Source: Hemiscyllium ocellatum (lineage: Eukaryota). Taken from it: 64,000 bases of DNA. The notes beneath the pieces were generated by a model. The model was not told the origin of the DNA. It did no database searches and was given only the letters and a program-made list of their open reading frames with translations. The position numbers and the translations under genes were made by a program. This document shows, piece by piece, positions 13,478 to 25,759 of this stretch. The DNA is taken from positions 26,911,181-26,975,180 of the forward strand of contig NC_083412.1 in the NCBI RefSeq assembly GCF_020745735.1, read 5' to 3'. Position 1 is the first letter of the stretch. Each line of letters starts with the position of its first letter.

Positions 13478-14604
13478 TTGCTGCTCCTCGGATGCTGCCT
13501 GAACTGCTGTGCTCTTCCAGCACCACTGATCCAGAATCTGGTTTCCAGCATCTGCAGTGTTTTTACCTCAGGAGCAATACATTAACATGTACATACTGCA
13601 CCACATTTAAAGTGGCTAAATGAATCACATTTCTGGTTCAAACAATCCAGATTAATAAAAGCACAAGCTAACCTGAACTAACAAGCTTAAATCCTAAGGA
13701 AAAATGTTTTAATCTAATTTTCAAGTCAATAATGATAAAAGAACTGCAAATCTACGATGCTGTGATCCCCGGTCAGTCAGGTTACACTTGTAACTTGGTT
13801 TTGTGAAGACTGTGCAGTCAGGACTCTTCAACGAAACAGTGAATTATACTGAATCCATTGGCTTCTCTCAGTCTCCTTACCTTTTACAAGAATCACTGGA
13901 TTTTCAAACCCTTAACGGGACATAAAAGATGCCATCAAAGCACTCAATGAGCCTTCACACTTACTGTGAACATAGAACATTAGAGTGCAGTACAGGCCCT
14001 TTGCACCGACCTGTGAAACCAATCTAAAGCCCATCTAACCTACACTGTTCCATTATCATCCATAAGTTTATCTAATCTTTCTTTCAGTTCCTTTATTTCG
14101 AAAGTGGGGGGGGGTGGTGTTGGTTGACAGTGAGTTGTGTGGTTGGGGAGATGGGCAGTAGGCCAGCTCATTGCAGAGTCACTGAACTGTGTGAGCGTCT
14201 CTGCCTACAGTGAACTGAAGATGAGGAAGCTGTTCCAGAGCCCTCTCCCATCATGTTCAGACCTCTCTTCACATCGACTATCGAAAGTTTACCTGCAGCA
14301 TCCTGGTATAGAGGAGACAAAAACAAAATGGGGCAGGAATTGTCCCCTGCACTGGTATTTTTACATCGCAGTAGGAGAGGTGCAGCAGTCTTAGCAGGAG
14401 GAAAATCCAGGTCAGGGATAGTAAAGCAGTAGCAGGCCTCCCTGCCACAGTTCACCCTCTTTTTCTAACCAAAAGTGAAACAACAGTGTAATGATTCTGT
14501 TTTTATTATTGATCTCCCACAGTGTTGTCTCTTGTTGCTCTCAGCTCTCTCACCCGCTGCACAGAAGCACTTTGCAAAGGCTGCGTCCGACTGATGAGCT
14601 AAAG

Positions 14605-15105
14605 GATATAGAACATTACAGCGCAGTACAGGCCCTTCGGCCCTCAACATTGCCCCGACCTGTGAAACCAGTCTGAAGCCTATCTATCCTACAGTATTTC
14701 ATTTTCATCCATGTTTATCCAATGACCATTTGAATGCCCTTAAAGTTGACGAGTCTATTACTGTTTCACATCCCTATTACTCTCTGAGTAATGAAACAAC
14801 CTCTGACATCTGTCCTATATCCATCACCCCTCAATTTAAAGCTATGCCCCCTCGTGCTCTCCATCACCATCCAAGGAAAAAGGCTCTCATTGTCCACCCT
14901 GTCTAACTCTCTGATTATATATCTCAATGAAGTCACCTCTCAACCTTCTTCTTTCTAACGAAAACAGTCTCAAGTCCCTCAGCCTTTTCCCCATAAGACC
15001 TTCCCTCCATACCAGGCACATCCTAGTAAATCTCCTCTGCACCCTTTCCAAAACTTCTACATCCTTCCTATTATAAGGTGACCAGAACTGTACACAGTAC
15101 TCCTA
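14605..15105 (-). mobile_element. CR1 LINE 3' fragment (a second short tail at about 13970-14075)
   Basis: Reverse complement of the CR1 ORF2 end and 3'UTR, beginning with the atagaacat tail. Confidence 0.8.
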
Positions 15106-15229
15106 TTTTCACACTTTTCAGAATTGTTAATAATTCTAGTCTAGTAGGCAGGATTTGGAATTAATGCCACTAAGGTGAACTCATAGAAGGATTTGAGCAG
15201 ACGACAAAAATGCAGGAAGTTTTTTTTTA

Positions 15230-15990
15230 AATCAATCATGAAATGGGAGTGTTGCTGGCTGGGCCAACATCCGTGACCCATTCCAGTCTTCCACTGAGAG
15301 TGTGTGGTGTTGTTGTTCTGCAGTATAAGCCAGGCCTCTCAAGCTAATTCGTTATAATCTATTATTTTCATGGCATGTATCACTGGCAGTGGCACATTTA
15401 TTGTCGATGCTAAGTTGTTGTGAGGCGGTGGTGGTGAGCTGCATTCTTGAATCACTGTAGCTTATCTCGTGTAGATGCAACCACGGTGTGGTTAAGGACA
15501 CCGTTCCATCAATGTGACCCAGCGACACTGAAGGAATAACAATATCTTTCCAAGTCAGGATGATGAGTGGCTTGGAGGGGAACCTGATCCCATATACCTA
15601 CTGCCCTTGCACTTCTAAATGGTTGTGGTCATGAGTTCACAACATGCTTTCCAAGGGTGAATTTCTGGAGTGCATGCTGTCAATGGTACACACTGCTACC
15701 TCAATTGTGGGGGGAGAGTATTGAAAGTGCTGGATTGGGTGCCAAACAAAAAGAATTGTCCTGCATGATGTTGAGCTTCTTGAGCGTTGCTGGGGCTACA
15801 CTCATCTCAGCAAATGCTGAGTATTCCATCACATTCCTGTCTCTTGCCTTGTAGATGCTGGACAGGCTTTGAAGAGTAGGAGTAGGAGTTGTGTTACTTG
15901 TTATAAAATTCACAGCCTCTGACCTGCTCTGCAACCCCAGTAGTTACGTGGCTAAACCAGTTCAGTTTCTGATCAACACCCCAGGATTTT
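15230..15990 (-). mobile_element. Decayed LINE 3' fragments (same family as 786-2240)
   Basis: Colinear similarity with 786-1430. Confidence 0.7.
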
Positions 15991-16241
15991 GAAATGTCTT
16001 ACTTTACAACAAGAGAGATTGAAAAATCTGAGTGATACAGAAAACCCCAAGACGCTTAAAAGGCTAAACTTTTGTTTAGTCTTAAATCAAAGGGCTTGAA
16101 ATAAGTTTTGTACAGATTCACATCTATTTTACAAAACGAGCTGATCCACAAGGCACTTGATGCCTTTATCCAGTAATAGCTGAGTTTCATTGTGCATACA
16201 ACACACTTTAATCTTTTTGCCTAAATCACAGCATTACTCAC

Positions 16242-16346
16242 CGGTTTGAAAAACATTGGTTTCATTCTCCCCTGGGGCATCTCTGTGACTCTACGATGCA
16301 AAACATCAAATTTCTTATCCAGTCTCTGGATAGCAGCATACATTAC
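16242..16346 (-). CDS. BEND2: BEND2-like gene, coding exon 6 (predicted amphipathic/coiled-coil helix, SCML1-like)
   Basis: tttctctgtcag|...CCG|gtgagt, 105 nt, phase 0-0: VMYAAIQRLDKKFDVLHRRVTEMPQGRMKPMFFKP. Confidence 0.88.
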
Positions 16347-17637
16347 CTGACAGAGAAACGGAAGACATGGAATTCACTGTATTCAAAGCAGTTAGAGTGA
16401 TTTGTTTTCCATTTTGTTGCAAAATGCAGAAAGATTGAACCAGACATGACCTGTATCAAATACACAGAATTATAAATCAACACAAATCACAAAGGGTGTG
16501 GATCGAAGGGCATTTAGACTCAGTTTGCATTGGTAATTAAAAAAAAAAATTTCATGTGGAGAGCTTTTTTGCTGTTGGTAACTGGTATTACAAAGTGCAA
16601 CAACTTGAGTTTATGCCCGTTGTACGGTCAATCATAATATTAGCAAATGATTCATCCATCCTGGTTACTGCGTTCAGTTTGGGACATCCCAAGATTAGGT
16701 TGTGGAAATTATGGGAACATGTTTGATTCATTGGATGTTACTGGGGATGAAAGGAAGACTTGCAAACTCCCCACACAGAATATGGAATTCTCTAATAGTG
16801 CAGTGGCTGAATTCTTTTCAAGGGACATGATGAAAAAAATAAATATTACAGGGTTTGTGGGAGATGCAAGAAAATATGTATCGAGGTGGAGAACCATTCC
16901 AGTGTTTTCACGATGATGATGAGATCTGTCCCACACTGTAACACTATATTATTCCAGGTAACAATGGCAAGGAGTTGCTGTTGAGATACATGAAGAGAGG
17001 AAGGTCAACCTTTATCATGAAAAAGCAACTGGGTCTCAATTACATCAAGGTAGAGAAAATAGGTTTATTCCTTAAACATCTTTGATCCAGTTGGAAGCTG
17101 AATGACATTAGATGGAGTTTGGGGTAGGCGGTTTACAATGGCCTTATCGTTGGTATCTAGGTTCCCACCCACTACAGGCCAACAAAAGCCTGTACTATCG
17201 GATGGTTGTAAACGCCCTGTGTGAAATGAATTTGTACAGGCACAGCCTACTTCCTCGGAGACCCTGATGTTCAAAAGTGATGTCTGCCAGAAGGGCCACA
17301 GCGCGGCCAGTGAGGGAAACGGTTGAGATGGAAGAAGGGAGACACAATTTTAAAAAGGTTGGGGCAGTTCTTCATTTCAGGCAGTGATGCAAAATGGGCA
17401 CTATCCGAGGGTTATATATTATGCCTGGTGTTTATTTCTACTTTGGAAAATTCAAGATCAGACACAGCGCATTAGGAGTAGCTGATCCAATACAAACGAG
17501 ATACCGTCCCCCAGATGGAACTCAATCCCAGAATCACCACATTGAAATTAATTTCAAATTGTAAATATTTTCAAATCAGCCTGTTCAGAGATGTTAACAC
17601 GCACCGCTGGACTTGAACCCAGGTCTCCTCACTTAGA

Positions 17638-18232
17638 TGTGACAAAGCTGTCACTTTAACAAAGTTATTTTGTTTTTGTTTTTTTTAAAAGAAAGAGGTC
17701 ATAAAGGCAAAGGTGCCAAAATATCTGGGCCTAGTATAACAAGGGCAGGGTACTGGCTGGTTCTCCCTGTTCAGGTTTTTTCTAGTTTGGTTTAGTTGTA
17801 GCAGAGAAACAGATGCAGAACAAAGCTTCCATGCTTCAACAGATGATCCCTGCCTGGCTTTTCTGTCTGAAATCTCTCCTGTCTGCAAGAACCTGTGTTT
17901 GAACTACCGTTCACCAAGGGGCGTGTTCATGGGACGTTACGGGAATTGGAACACCACCTTAGTTAAGTTGCCTCACTGAATCGGTTGAGTTTTCAAGATG
18001 ATAAGATATTCTAAATTTTGTTTTCTTTCATTCGTATTTCAACTGCAGCGTTTAAATAAATTCCGTTTTGCTTAAAACTGAGTGGTTTGGCCAGCTGCAT
18101 CACACCTGGAACACCCACTTCAGATCTGCCTTTAAAATAAGTAAAAGTAGGATCTGGGCTAAACAAAACTCAGCTATTACTGGGCTAAAATATCTTGAGA
18201 TATTTTAAAGGGGTCTGACCTGGTCCATAACG
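17638..18232 (+). repeat. Solo LTR-like element inserted into a short SINE
   Basis: Starts TGTGAC, has AATAAA at about 18055, ends ggtccataac. Splits a minus-strand SINE (17570-17637 / 18232-18250). Confidence 0.65.
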
Positions 18233-18396
18233 GACACCACTACAGTGCAATTAGAACCCTTTGGTTTTAATCTGTACATGTTCGAAAGCAATCAGAGGAT
18301 TTTAATTTCTCATGGGTTCTCTTAATTTGTATCAACTGGGTATTAAACTGCATTCAGGTAATGGGCATGAACTGGGGAGTTGTTTCTGCTTCAGAG

Positions 18397-18505
18397 GGGC
18401 CCTCTTGCGGTGGTGTCCCTACCTCTGGACTGAGACACCAGGTTCAAGGCCCACTTGCGTCAGAAGTGTGCAACAACATCCCTGAACAGGTTGATTAGAA
18501 AAATA
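18397..18505 (+). mobile_element. Short tRNA-derived SINE (other copies 54312-54425, 62018-62135, 62155-62270)
   Basis: A-box-like gtggtgcagtgg, B-box ggttcaagtccc, tail tgaacaggttgattagaaaata. Confidence 0.7.
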
Positions 18506-18623
18506 GATTTCTGCAGTTGTTGGGTGTGGAGGTGCATGTTTGTAACATGTATCTCTGTAAATGATAGCTTATAAAATATAAAGACTAGACTCCAGCTCTA
18601 CATTTTGCAGCCTGGAGTATCAC

Positions 18624-18802
18624 CAGATTACAGTCCAACAGGTTTATTTGAAAGTACAAGCTTTCGGAGGGTCAGGTAATCTGACGAAGGAGCAGCACTC
18701 TGAAAGCTTGTACTTCCAAATAAACCTGTTAGACTATAACCTGGTTGTCTTTGATTTTTAAACTTTGTCCACCCCCAGTCCAACACCAGCACTTCCACAT
18801 CA
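18624..18802. mobile_element. Short Penelope-derived palindromic insertion with hammerhead motif (18681-18710)
   Basis: Inverted arms about 18623-18669 / 18697-18743. CTGACGA-A-GGAG..CTCT-GAAA-GCTT. Flanks TGGAGTATCAC/TGGAGGATCAC. Confidence 0.75.
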
Positions 18803-19015
18803 TGGAGGATCACAGTTCTTTGTGTAGCTTCTGGTCACAACTTTGAAAAATCAGGAGAATGTCCACAGAAAACCATGGACCATGTGCTTTAAGTCGAGTT
18901 TGAACCTTAAGGCTCAATGTTTCTTCTTTGTGTTGGAGATTGGAGGGGGGTCAGTTTTCAAGAAGACTTAAAGAACTGTACAGGCAGTATGGATCATCAC
19001 AGAGCTAACCATTAC

Positions 19016-19090
19016 CTGGCAGTAATTAAGAATCTCCACCAGTGTCCTCTGCTGATCGGTAACATAGGAACCTTCTGACATATCACTGGC
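19016..19090 (-). CDS. BEND2: BEND2-like gene, coding exon 5 (SCML1 N-terminus-like)
   Basis: tctctacacag|...CAG|gtaatg, 75 nt, phase 0-0: ASDMSEGSYVTDQQRTLVEILNYCQ. Confidence 0.85.
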
Positions 19091-20761
19091 CTGTGTAGAG
19101 AGGAGAGGGATTGCTTCACTGCAATTGTACAAAATGTAAGTGTCTGGTCTATGCTGCCCTGAGTGTACTTAAATTTTCAAAGAGACACTATATAAGCCAT
19201 TGCTTCTTTGTATTAATTTTAAAAATTTCATCTGATGCCAATTAACAATTGTTGCAGAGCAGTTTACGAGAATATTGGTTATGAGATCCTGTCTGTGATA
19301 GTAGGGAGGTGGCAAATAGAGGCTAGGGACGAGAGGTAGGAGGTGAACCTAATCCCACAGTCACCAAGGTACCAGGAACCAGGACCTTCCCAGAGCAAGA
19401 CCCTGCCGTGGGCCAGAGGAGGGGACCTGTCATCTCAGTGGCCAGTTGGTTTTCTTGGAGTTCCCTTAAAATGTGACAGGCATTCTGGGAGTTCAAATTG
19501 GGCCAAATTCGATGTCTGTCCAGAGTCCGGCCCTTCTATGGAGTGAGCCCCAGCCTCTACGTCCTCCATGTTCACTTGCCTCCAACATCGTCCTTAGGAC
19601 CTTAAAAATCCTGTAACTAACCTTTCAGTAAGTTCCCCGGCCTCCTGCCCTCCCCCTTCCCAGGTCAAGCTCTTCCAGTCTCCTCCCACTCGGTGAGTTT
19701 GTAAAGGGCCCCCCAGAGTCTGCCTGCCCCTGTGAAAGGCTGAAAGGTCCAACCTTGGGCCTTTGTATAGGAAGACATTGGGACCCAAAAACAATGAAAG
19801 TAGACCATTCCCCCCCAGGTCAATGGTGACCCTGTATTTAGCTACTCCACCTTTGTTTGATCCTGGCTTCAGACCACAATAATCGAGGCTCCTGCAAGCC
19901 ACAAATAGGAGAACTCCAATTTACTTATGAGTCACTGTGAGTTGTTCAGGTGACCCGGTTTGCTCTGTTGAACATGTTGTATGACTTAATCAAAATGTGA
20001 TGAGAAACATAATATTTGGCAACTTATAATGACTCCTAAAAACTGCAGTTTTGGCTGACATGCAAGTCAAATTAGGAATCACTACATCTTCTATCTGGGT
20101 TTATGATGGCAACTGGATTAAATCTCCCTCACTTTACTCATAACAATTTTCAATCCTGATCAGAGTTTGTCAAAAAAAGAATGTTTTAAAGAAAATGAAG
20201 ATAGAAAACATCAAAGAACATGCAAGCTGCCTGCCAGGACCCTTCACTATATAATCATTGGCTGAACCAAAAACTGCTGTGTCCTACAATTCCTCTTTTA
20301 AAGATTTTTAAAGTAACGGCAGCTTGAATAACAGCAGATTGGTGGTTCCATTGTGTTCCCGAAGATGATTCATCGGAGGATCTGTTTTCAATACAACCTG
20401 CAATGAAGGAAGGAAGGTGCCAGAGGAGAGAAGGTAAAATACTGCATCCTAATACTGTGCATCTCTAAGGGCAGTAGCAATTACCTCACTGACTATTAAA
20501 AGATTATAGAAGAATATGCCACGCTGACATTTTTCAGAAAGATAGTCACATTTTTGAACACATAGGCAAGCTAAACGAATCTGCCAAAAACATTTTACAA
20601 CTCATATCTTTAAAAAGGTAATCTGGGCACGGTATCTATACTTTTTAAGCAAGAACTTTTTAAAAACCATTTGGGTGCATCAGGAGCACACATTAAGTGA
20701 GACAAAAAACAAACGTAACAAGATGTGACAGGACAGTGTCTGTAAAATTCTGTTTACTCAC

Positions 20762-20851
20762 ACATTCATAGTCAGCACTGTAGTCATAAACAAAGTCGCC
20801 ATTTTCTTCATAGTCCACATAATCTCCAGTGTCTCTGGTTCTGATCGGAGG
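20762..20851 (-). CDS. BEND2: BEND2-like gene, coding exon 4 (SCML1 N-terminus-like)
   Basis: ccacag|...TGT|gtgagt, 90 nt, phase 0-0: PPIRTRDTGDYVDYEENGDFVYDYSADYEC. Confidence 0.8.
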
Positions 20852-22102
20852 CTGTGGATAATTTATACACATATAAACTGTTTAGCAGCAGGGGTAGACA
20901 AATCAAATAAAATTCTATTTGTACAGTGGCTATTGGATGAGGCAAAAGTTACTCTTTCCAGCTTTAAAGTGAAAGAGATACACCTGTGAACCTAAACAAT
21001 TGCACACATTATAAGAATTACATATAAAAGATTATACTAATCTCCAAGCATACTTATTAGTGACTATGACTAGTCTGGCTTCCTGCTGTGCATGGAGCTT
21101 TGTGCCTTGTCTTGATATTAAGTGTTTAGTTCAGAATTTGTTAGCAACCAACAAAATGTCTGAATGGCTAAGTTAATGCTGCCATTGATGGGCTCTTTCT
21201 TCTAACTGATTTTGGTCTTTCAATCATCATGAAAAGGAAGTGATAATTATTCAAATTATTCAGGCCCCTTCACTTGAACGATACAGACTTTCATTGATTG
21301 TGGAATGAGTGAGTGTTCTGTTGACTCAGGAGAGGAATCGTTAGCTGGAGATCCCTTTCGGGGGTTAAGTAAGATTCTTTATATTAGAAGGAGCAGGTAC
21401 CCCATTGCTACAAAGTTGCAATTTGAGAATCCTTTGATAGTTGGGAAGCGTCTTCAATAACCAGGAGGTGAATGGTTGCATTTCTGAACTAACCAGAGGA
21501 ACAAAATGGAGAGAATTTCAGGAAAAAGAGGCCTCTCTCCTTTGTCTGATGCCACTGCATCGTTCAGTGGGACTCAGTGCCTCCAAATGCACCACAGCAT
21601 TTACTTCACTTACTTAATGATGATGGCAGGGCCACCAACAACAACAATTAATGCAAACAGCCATAACAGTTCCCAACTGTAACATTCACCCGTATTATCC
21701 ACCACAAACAATTCAAGTTACTGTTGTCACTAACAGGGTTCATACATGTAACATGTCTGTCAGACTTTCCCATGTTGACCTCTTTGTTTTAGATGTACTA
21801 ATGTTGCCTTTCCAAAAAAGTAAACTTCAGGCAAAAACAAAATAAGTAACTCTCAAGCGTTCATCTGGCATTACCTGCAAATTTTTCAATGAAATAAAGC
21901 GCAAAGTCCAACTAGTTTGCCTTCTTTCAGCCCAGTAATGAAGTGCACAAGAACGGAGCAAAAGAAACAATATCCTAACAGGATCTGGTTGCATGTCTGG
22001 ATGCAAGAATGTGCACTAGTGTTTCTCCTTCTGTGGCCACATGACAACAGCTGAGGTATAGACACACAGTGTAATATCCTGTGCCTGTGTGAAGGAAAGT
22101 AA

Positions 22103-22370
22103 CAGTGGCATTGTGGCTTCATGGTTAGCACTGCTGAACCACATCGCCATGGTTCTGGGTTCGATTCCAGCCTTGGGCAACTATGTGGAACGTGCACATT
22201 CTTCTCCTGTCTGTGTGGGTTTCTTTCCACTGTCCAAACTGGTTTGGTGGATTGACCATGGGAAATGCAGGGTTACTGGGTAGGGGTTTGGGTCAAGGCC
22301 GAGATGCTCTTTCAGAGGGTCAGTATGGGCTGAATGGTCTGCTCCCACACTCTGGGGGATTCTATAAATC
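22103..22370 (+). mobile_element. HE1-like SINE, diverged
   Basis: tRNA-like head tggttagcactgctg...ggttcgattcc and HE1 body. Confidence 0.7.
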
Positions 22371-22575
22371 GGTTGAATAGCTTAGCCACTTTATGTAATT
22401 AAAGGCTTCAGGTGAAAAGACCCATCATAAAATGGCTAATTTGCTCCCCAAATAAAGGAACCAAACACTCAGGCATCCAAAAACAACAGTGGGGATTCTT
22501 TTTCAAATGTTTAATAAGTTACGTTTCTATTTTTCTGCGAGCATTTTCATACTCGCACTGGGTAGCAATACCTAC

Positions 22576-22775
22576 TGCATTATGGATCGCAATTTTCCTT
22601 CTTTTGGGTCTGTACGTGTAAGTGTATTCACCGGCCCTATGTCGAGCCTCATGTGACATGGCTCCAGGTGAAACGGCATTTCTGTTTGGCAGACACTCCT
22701 GTGACGAATTTGCTGTTGTTTCATTGTTACTCACACGCGGAGCACTAGCTGAGCCTTCTGCTCCAGATTTCTGTA
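22576..22775 (-). CDS. BEND2: BEND2-like gene, coding exon 3 (contains NLS-like RPKRRK)
   Basis: Pyrimidine tract + ctag acceptor, donor GCA|gtaggt, 200 nt, phase 1-0. Overlaps ORF 22519..22734. Confidence 0.75.
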
Positions 22776-23195
22776 CTAGAGATCAGAGAATGGGAAAAGG
22801 AAAACAGTCAAAAGTTCTTCTCAAAAACCTATATATTTTTAAAAAAGTGACACATATTAAAAAGGTCAATAACGTCCATGCCAAATCTAAATGCAAAATA
22901 TAGTGGCTGCCAGAATGTGGAGCTCCGCACCCAGAATACTTGAGTGCACAGCACAGAGGTTACCTGAGGTTTTGCAATGCACTGGGCAGTGCTTAATTTA
23001 GGTCACCACACTTCAAGAGGGAGCTACAAGTAGGGGCAAGGGTCCAGTAGCAAGAATTTCATATGAAACGTAGCACAGCAATGCCCAAGGTGAAAACTGA
23101 AAGATAGGATAGACATAATATCGTCCCCCACCCCCCCAAAAGAGCAAAGGTGCAATATGAACCCCCATCACTGGCTCTGCTCCTTTCTCATAAGT

Positions 23196-23258
23196 GTCTC
23201 TCTCTCTCTCTCACTCACTCACTCTCTCTCACATACACACACACACACACACACACAC
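23196..23258. repeat. (CT)n/(CA)n microsatellite
   Basis: Direct reading. Confidence 0.9.
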
Positions 23259-24587
23259 CATGTACTTCCCAACAACACCAGCCCCAGCTCTCTCATCCCC
23301 ATCTAGATGCGCTCCCCTTATTGCCAGCTTCCTTATCCTCCTCAACCCCTGGGCACCCTCCCTCTTCCTGCTATCCATGTGCCAACAAGCCTTTGATGAC
23401 CTCCAGCACTTGAGATTGTGGCACTGCCTATGGCCCCAGCAATGGGCACTGCTCCAAGTGGCACTGCTGCCACTAGAGCTGCCAGCCACTGATGGCTGGT
23501 CAACAGCTCTCCGAGCCCGGACTTCCTCCAGCACGAGGGGCAGGTACCTTCCCTTCAGCCATCTGTGCCCCATTGGAGTGTGAAATAGCTGGAGGGCATC
23601 AGTATGACATGTGTTCCCACTGATACTTCGGATGATAGGGTTTAATCTAACATGAGTGAAAATTATATTGAAAGGATAGTTAAAAATGTTTATTTGAAGA
23701 CAAATGATCAAAATAATTAGACAGTTGTAATCGAGGACTAAATATGTAGCTTAAGATAGACATCACAGCTAATTACAGTAACAGGAAGAGAGAGATTTCA
23801 CACAGCCAATGATGAAAAATACAAATCATTATTGTAAGTGCAAAGTGGAGACTGATGAGCTCCATGCACTAACAGCACATGACAATCACAGAAGGGTAGC
23901 TGAAAAATGATGAAGCCTGGGTGCTTAGTATGCAAGAATTTAATATGATCAGAAAATGTGGGGAAGGCATAAAGGGAAGCTGGCTGGCTGTACTGACTAC
24001 AGAAGATATTGCAAGGTTGGAAAGGAAGGAGGTCCTTGAGGCACAAGGACAGAATCCATTTGATTTGGAGTTGAAAAGCATAGAGAATAAGATAATGCTT
24101 CTGGTGATCTTACATTACAGTACAAGAGAAGGAGGGGGAAGAGGGAGAGGGAGAGACAGAACACTAAATATGCAGATGTGCAAAAGCTATAGAGGTGTGA
24201 CCTTAGGTTTCCAAATATTGATTGGAATAATGTAAAAGGAAAGGAAAGGGAGCAAGTAACAAAATATATTCAGGAGATCTTTCTTGATTGATATGTTCTT
24301 GGTTCACCTACACATAAGACATTGCTGGATCTGGTGCTTGGAGTGAGGTGGGCAAGTCGATGAAGTGTTGGTGAAGGAATACCGGAGACAGAAGTGAACC
24401 AACTAGTTGACTCTATAGAGAGCTGGCATGGGATGAATGCCCTCTTTCAGTGCCATAACATCTCTATGTCTCTGAGTGGCTGTTTCTTAGCATCTTTTAA
24501 GCTTGGCACTGCGAACAAATGTATCCTTCTTAGAACAGAAAGGAACAAATAATGAGGGTCTAGTTGTTAATCACTATGGTTACTTAC

Positions 24588-24743
24588 CATAAACTACAGC
24601 AGTTAGGTATCTTTTTTGGTTGCTTGCTTGTGAAAGGTCTTCAGTAGTAAGGGACGATGAACCATTTGGAACGTCCATCACTTCTGCTCCATTAAATATC
24701 ACAGCTTCTGTATCATCTTCGACTTTAACTCTAAGATATGAAT
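24588..24743 (-). CDS. BEND2: BEND2-like gene, coding exon 2
   Basis: ctgcag|...TATG|gtaagt, 156 nt, phase 1-1, open: DSYLRVKVEDDTEAVIFNGAEVMD...YLTAVVY. Acidic start resembles BEND2 DFVIITVDDSDD. Confidence 0.8.
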
Positions 24744-25369
24744 CTGCAGCGAAGTTTTAAAAAAAGAACTGCTGATAAAAATTAAACAGTGCGCCATGAC
24801 ATATTTGAAATATTTATATTTTGATTTCTGTATCTCACCATTGAGATGTAATTCAAAAACAGAACTGACAAGATTATGATCACTATGGCCTATAATAAAT
24901 GTGTACATGCAGTGAAATAAAAACATTCTGAACAAGAGTCACATCAGACTTAAAACAGGAACTCAACACTCTCTCCACTGTGCTGCCAATTCCTGGCAGC
25001 TGCTCCACTACTGCTGAGTTTCTCCAGCATTTTCTGTTTTTATTTCAAATTTCCAACATCTGCAGCACATTGCTGTAATATGACGTCTGAATCACACACT
25101 GGTTTGGACCATTCTTATCAGAAAAAACCTTTGATAGCAAGCTCGGTCCAAAGTCAAACCTTAAATAAAAATGCAAAACCCCCTCCCTGAACAACTGTAA
25201 CACTTCTTTCAGTTCCTGGTTGTTATATGTTGTGGTTTTAGGAATTATTTGCTTTGGGCTCCTGTTCTGGCCAGCTCTGAGTCACTAATTGGCGGAAGGA
25301 AGGGACTGCTTTCCAAGTAACATGCTCTGTCACACTCCAATTTTGTTATTTATAATATTTTACAATCCT

Positions 25370-25700
25370 GCAGCATTACATGGCTTCCAGTTTCAGATTG
25401 ACCTACTATCAATAATCCCCTTATTTGCCTTCTCTTTTGATATCTCTCTCGGGTTCTGTCTCCACCTATGCCACTCACCTCTCCCCACCTATTTGCTCGC
25501 TCCCAGCCCCACCCCCACACCCCACCCACCCCCACATCCATCTCCCTTAACCTCACCTTCAGCAAAAAGACTGGCTTTTTCTCACTGACCTCAGTTCCGA
25601 AGGGTCACCGGACACAAAATGTTAACTGAGCTTAAGTCTCCACGGGTGCTGCCAGACCTGCTGAATTTCACTCACAATTTCTGTTTTTGTTTCAGACTGT
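25370..25700 (+). mobile_element. Older Penelope-derived 3' fragment
   Basis: C-rich tract followed by a decayed core and tgctgccagacctgctga...ctgtttttgtttcaga. Similar decayed pieces at about 9565-9690, 24945-25075 and 48980-49053. Confidence 0.5.
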
Positions 25701-25711
25701 GACAGGCTTTT

Positions 25712-25712
<1 letters not shown>

Positions 25713-25758
<46 letters not shown>
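25713..25758. repeat. (GT)n microsatellite
   Basis: Direct reading. Confidence 0.95.

Positions 25759-25759
<1 letters not shown>

Larger units (their letters stand above)
12903..13565. mobile_element. Young Penelope-derived insertion with inverted arms
   Basis: Perfect 15-bp TSD CCTCAGGAGCAATAC (12888-12902 and 13566-13580). Minus arm encodes the GIY-YIG C-terminus (RRLEEKRLIFHLGTLQPQGINVDF). Arms nearly identical. Confidence 0.9.

Noticed and set aside
19280-19920. GC-richer unassigned blocks (also about 14100-14470, 16950-17410, 23260-23600, 55490-56100)
   Set aside because: Probably old repeats. I could not assign a family, termini or coding signal without a search.
20250-20397. Acceptor-like ccttccttcattgcag between exons 4 and 5
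   Set aside because: No convincing donor. The SCML1-like alignment is continuous without it.
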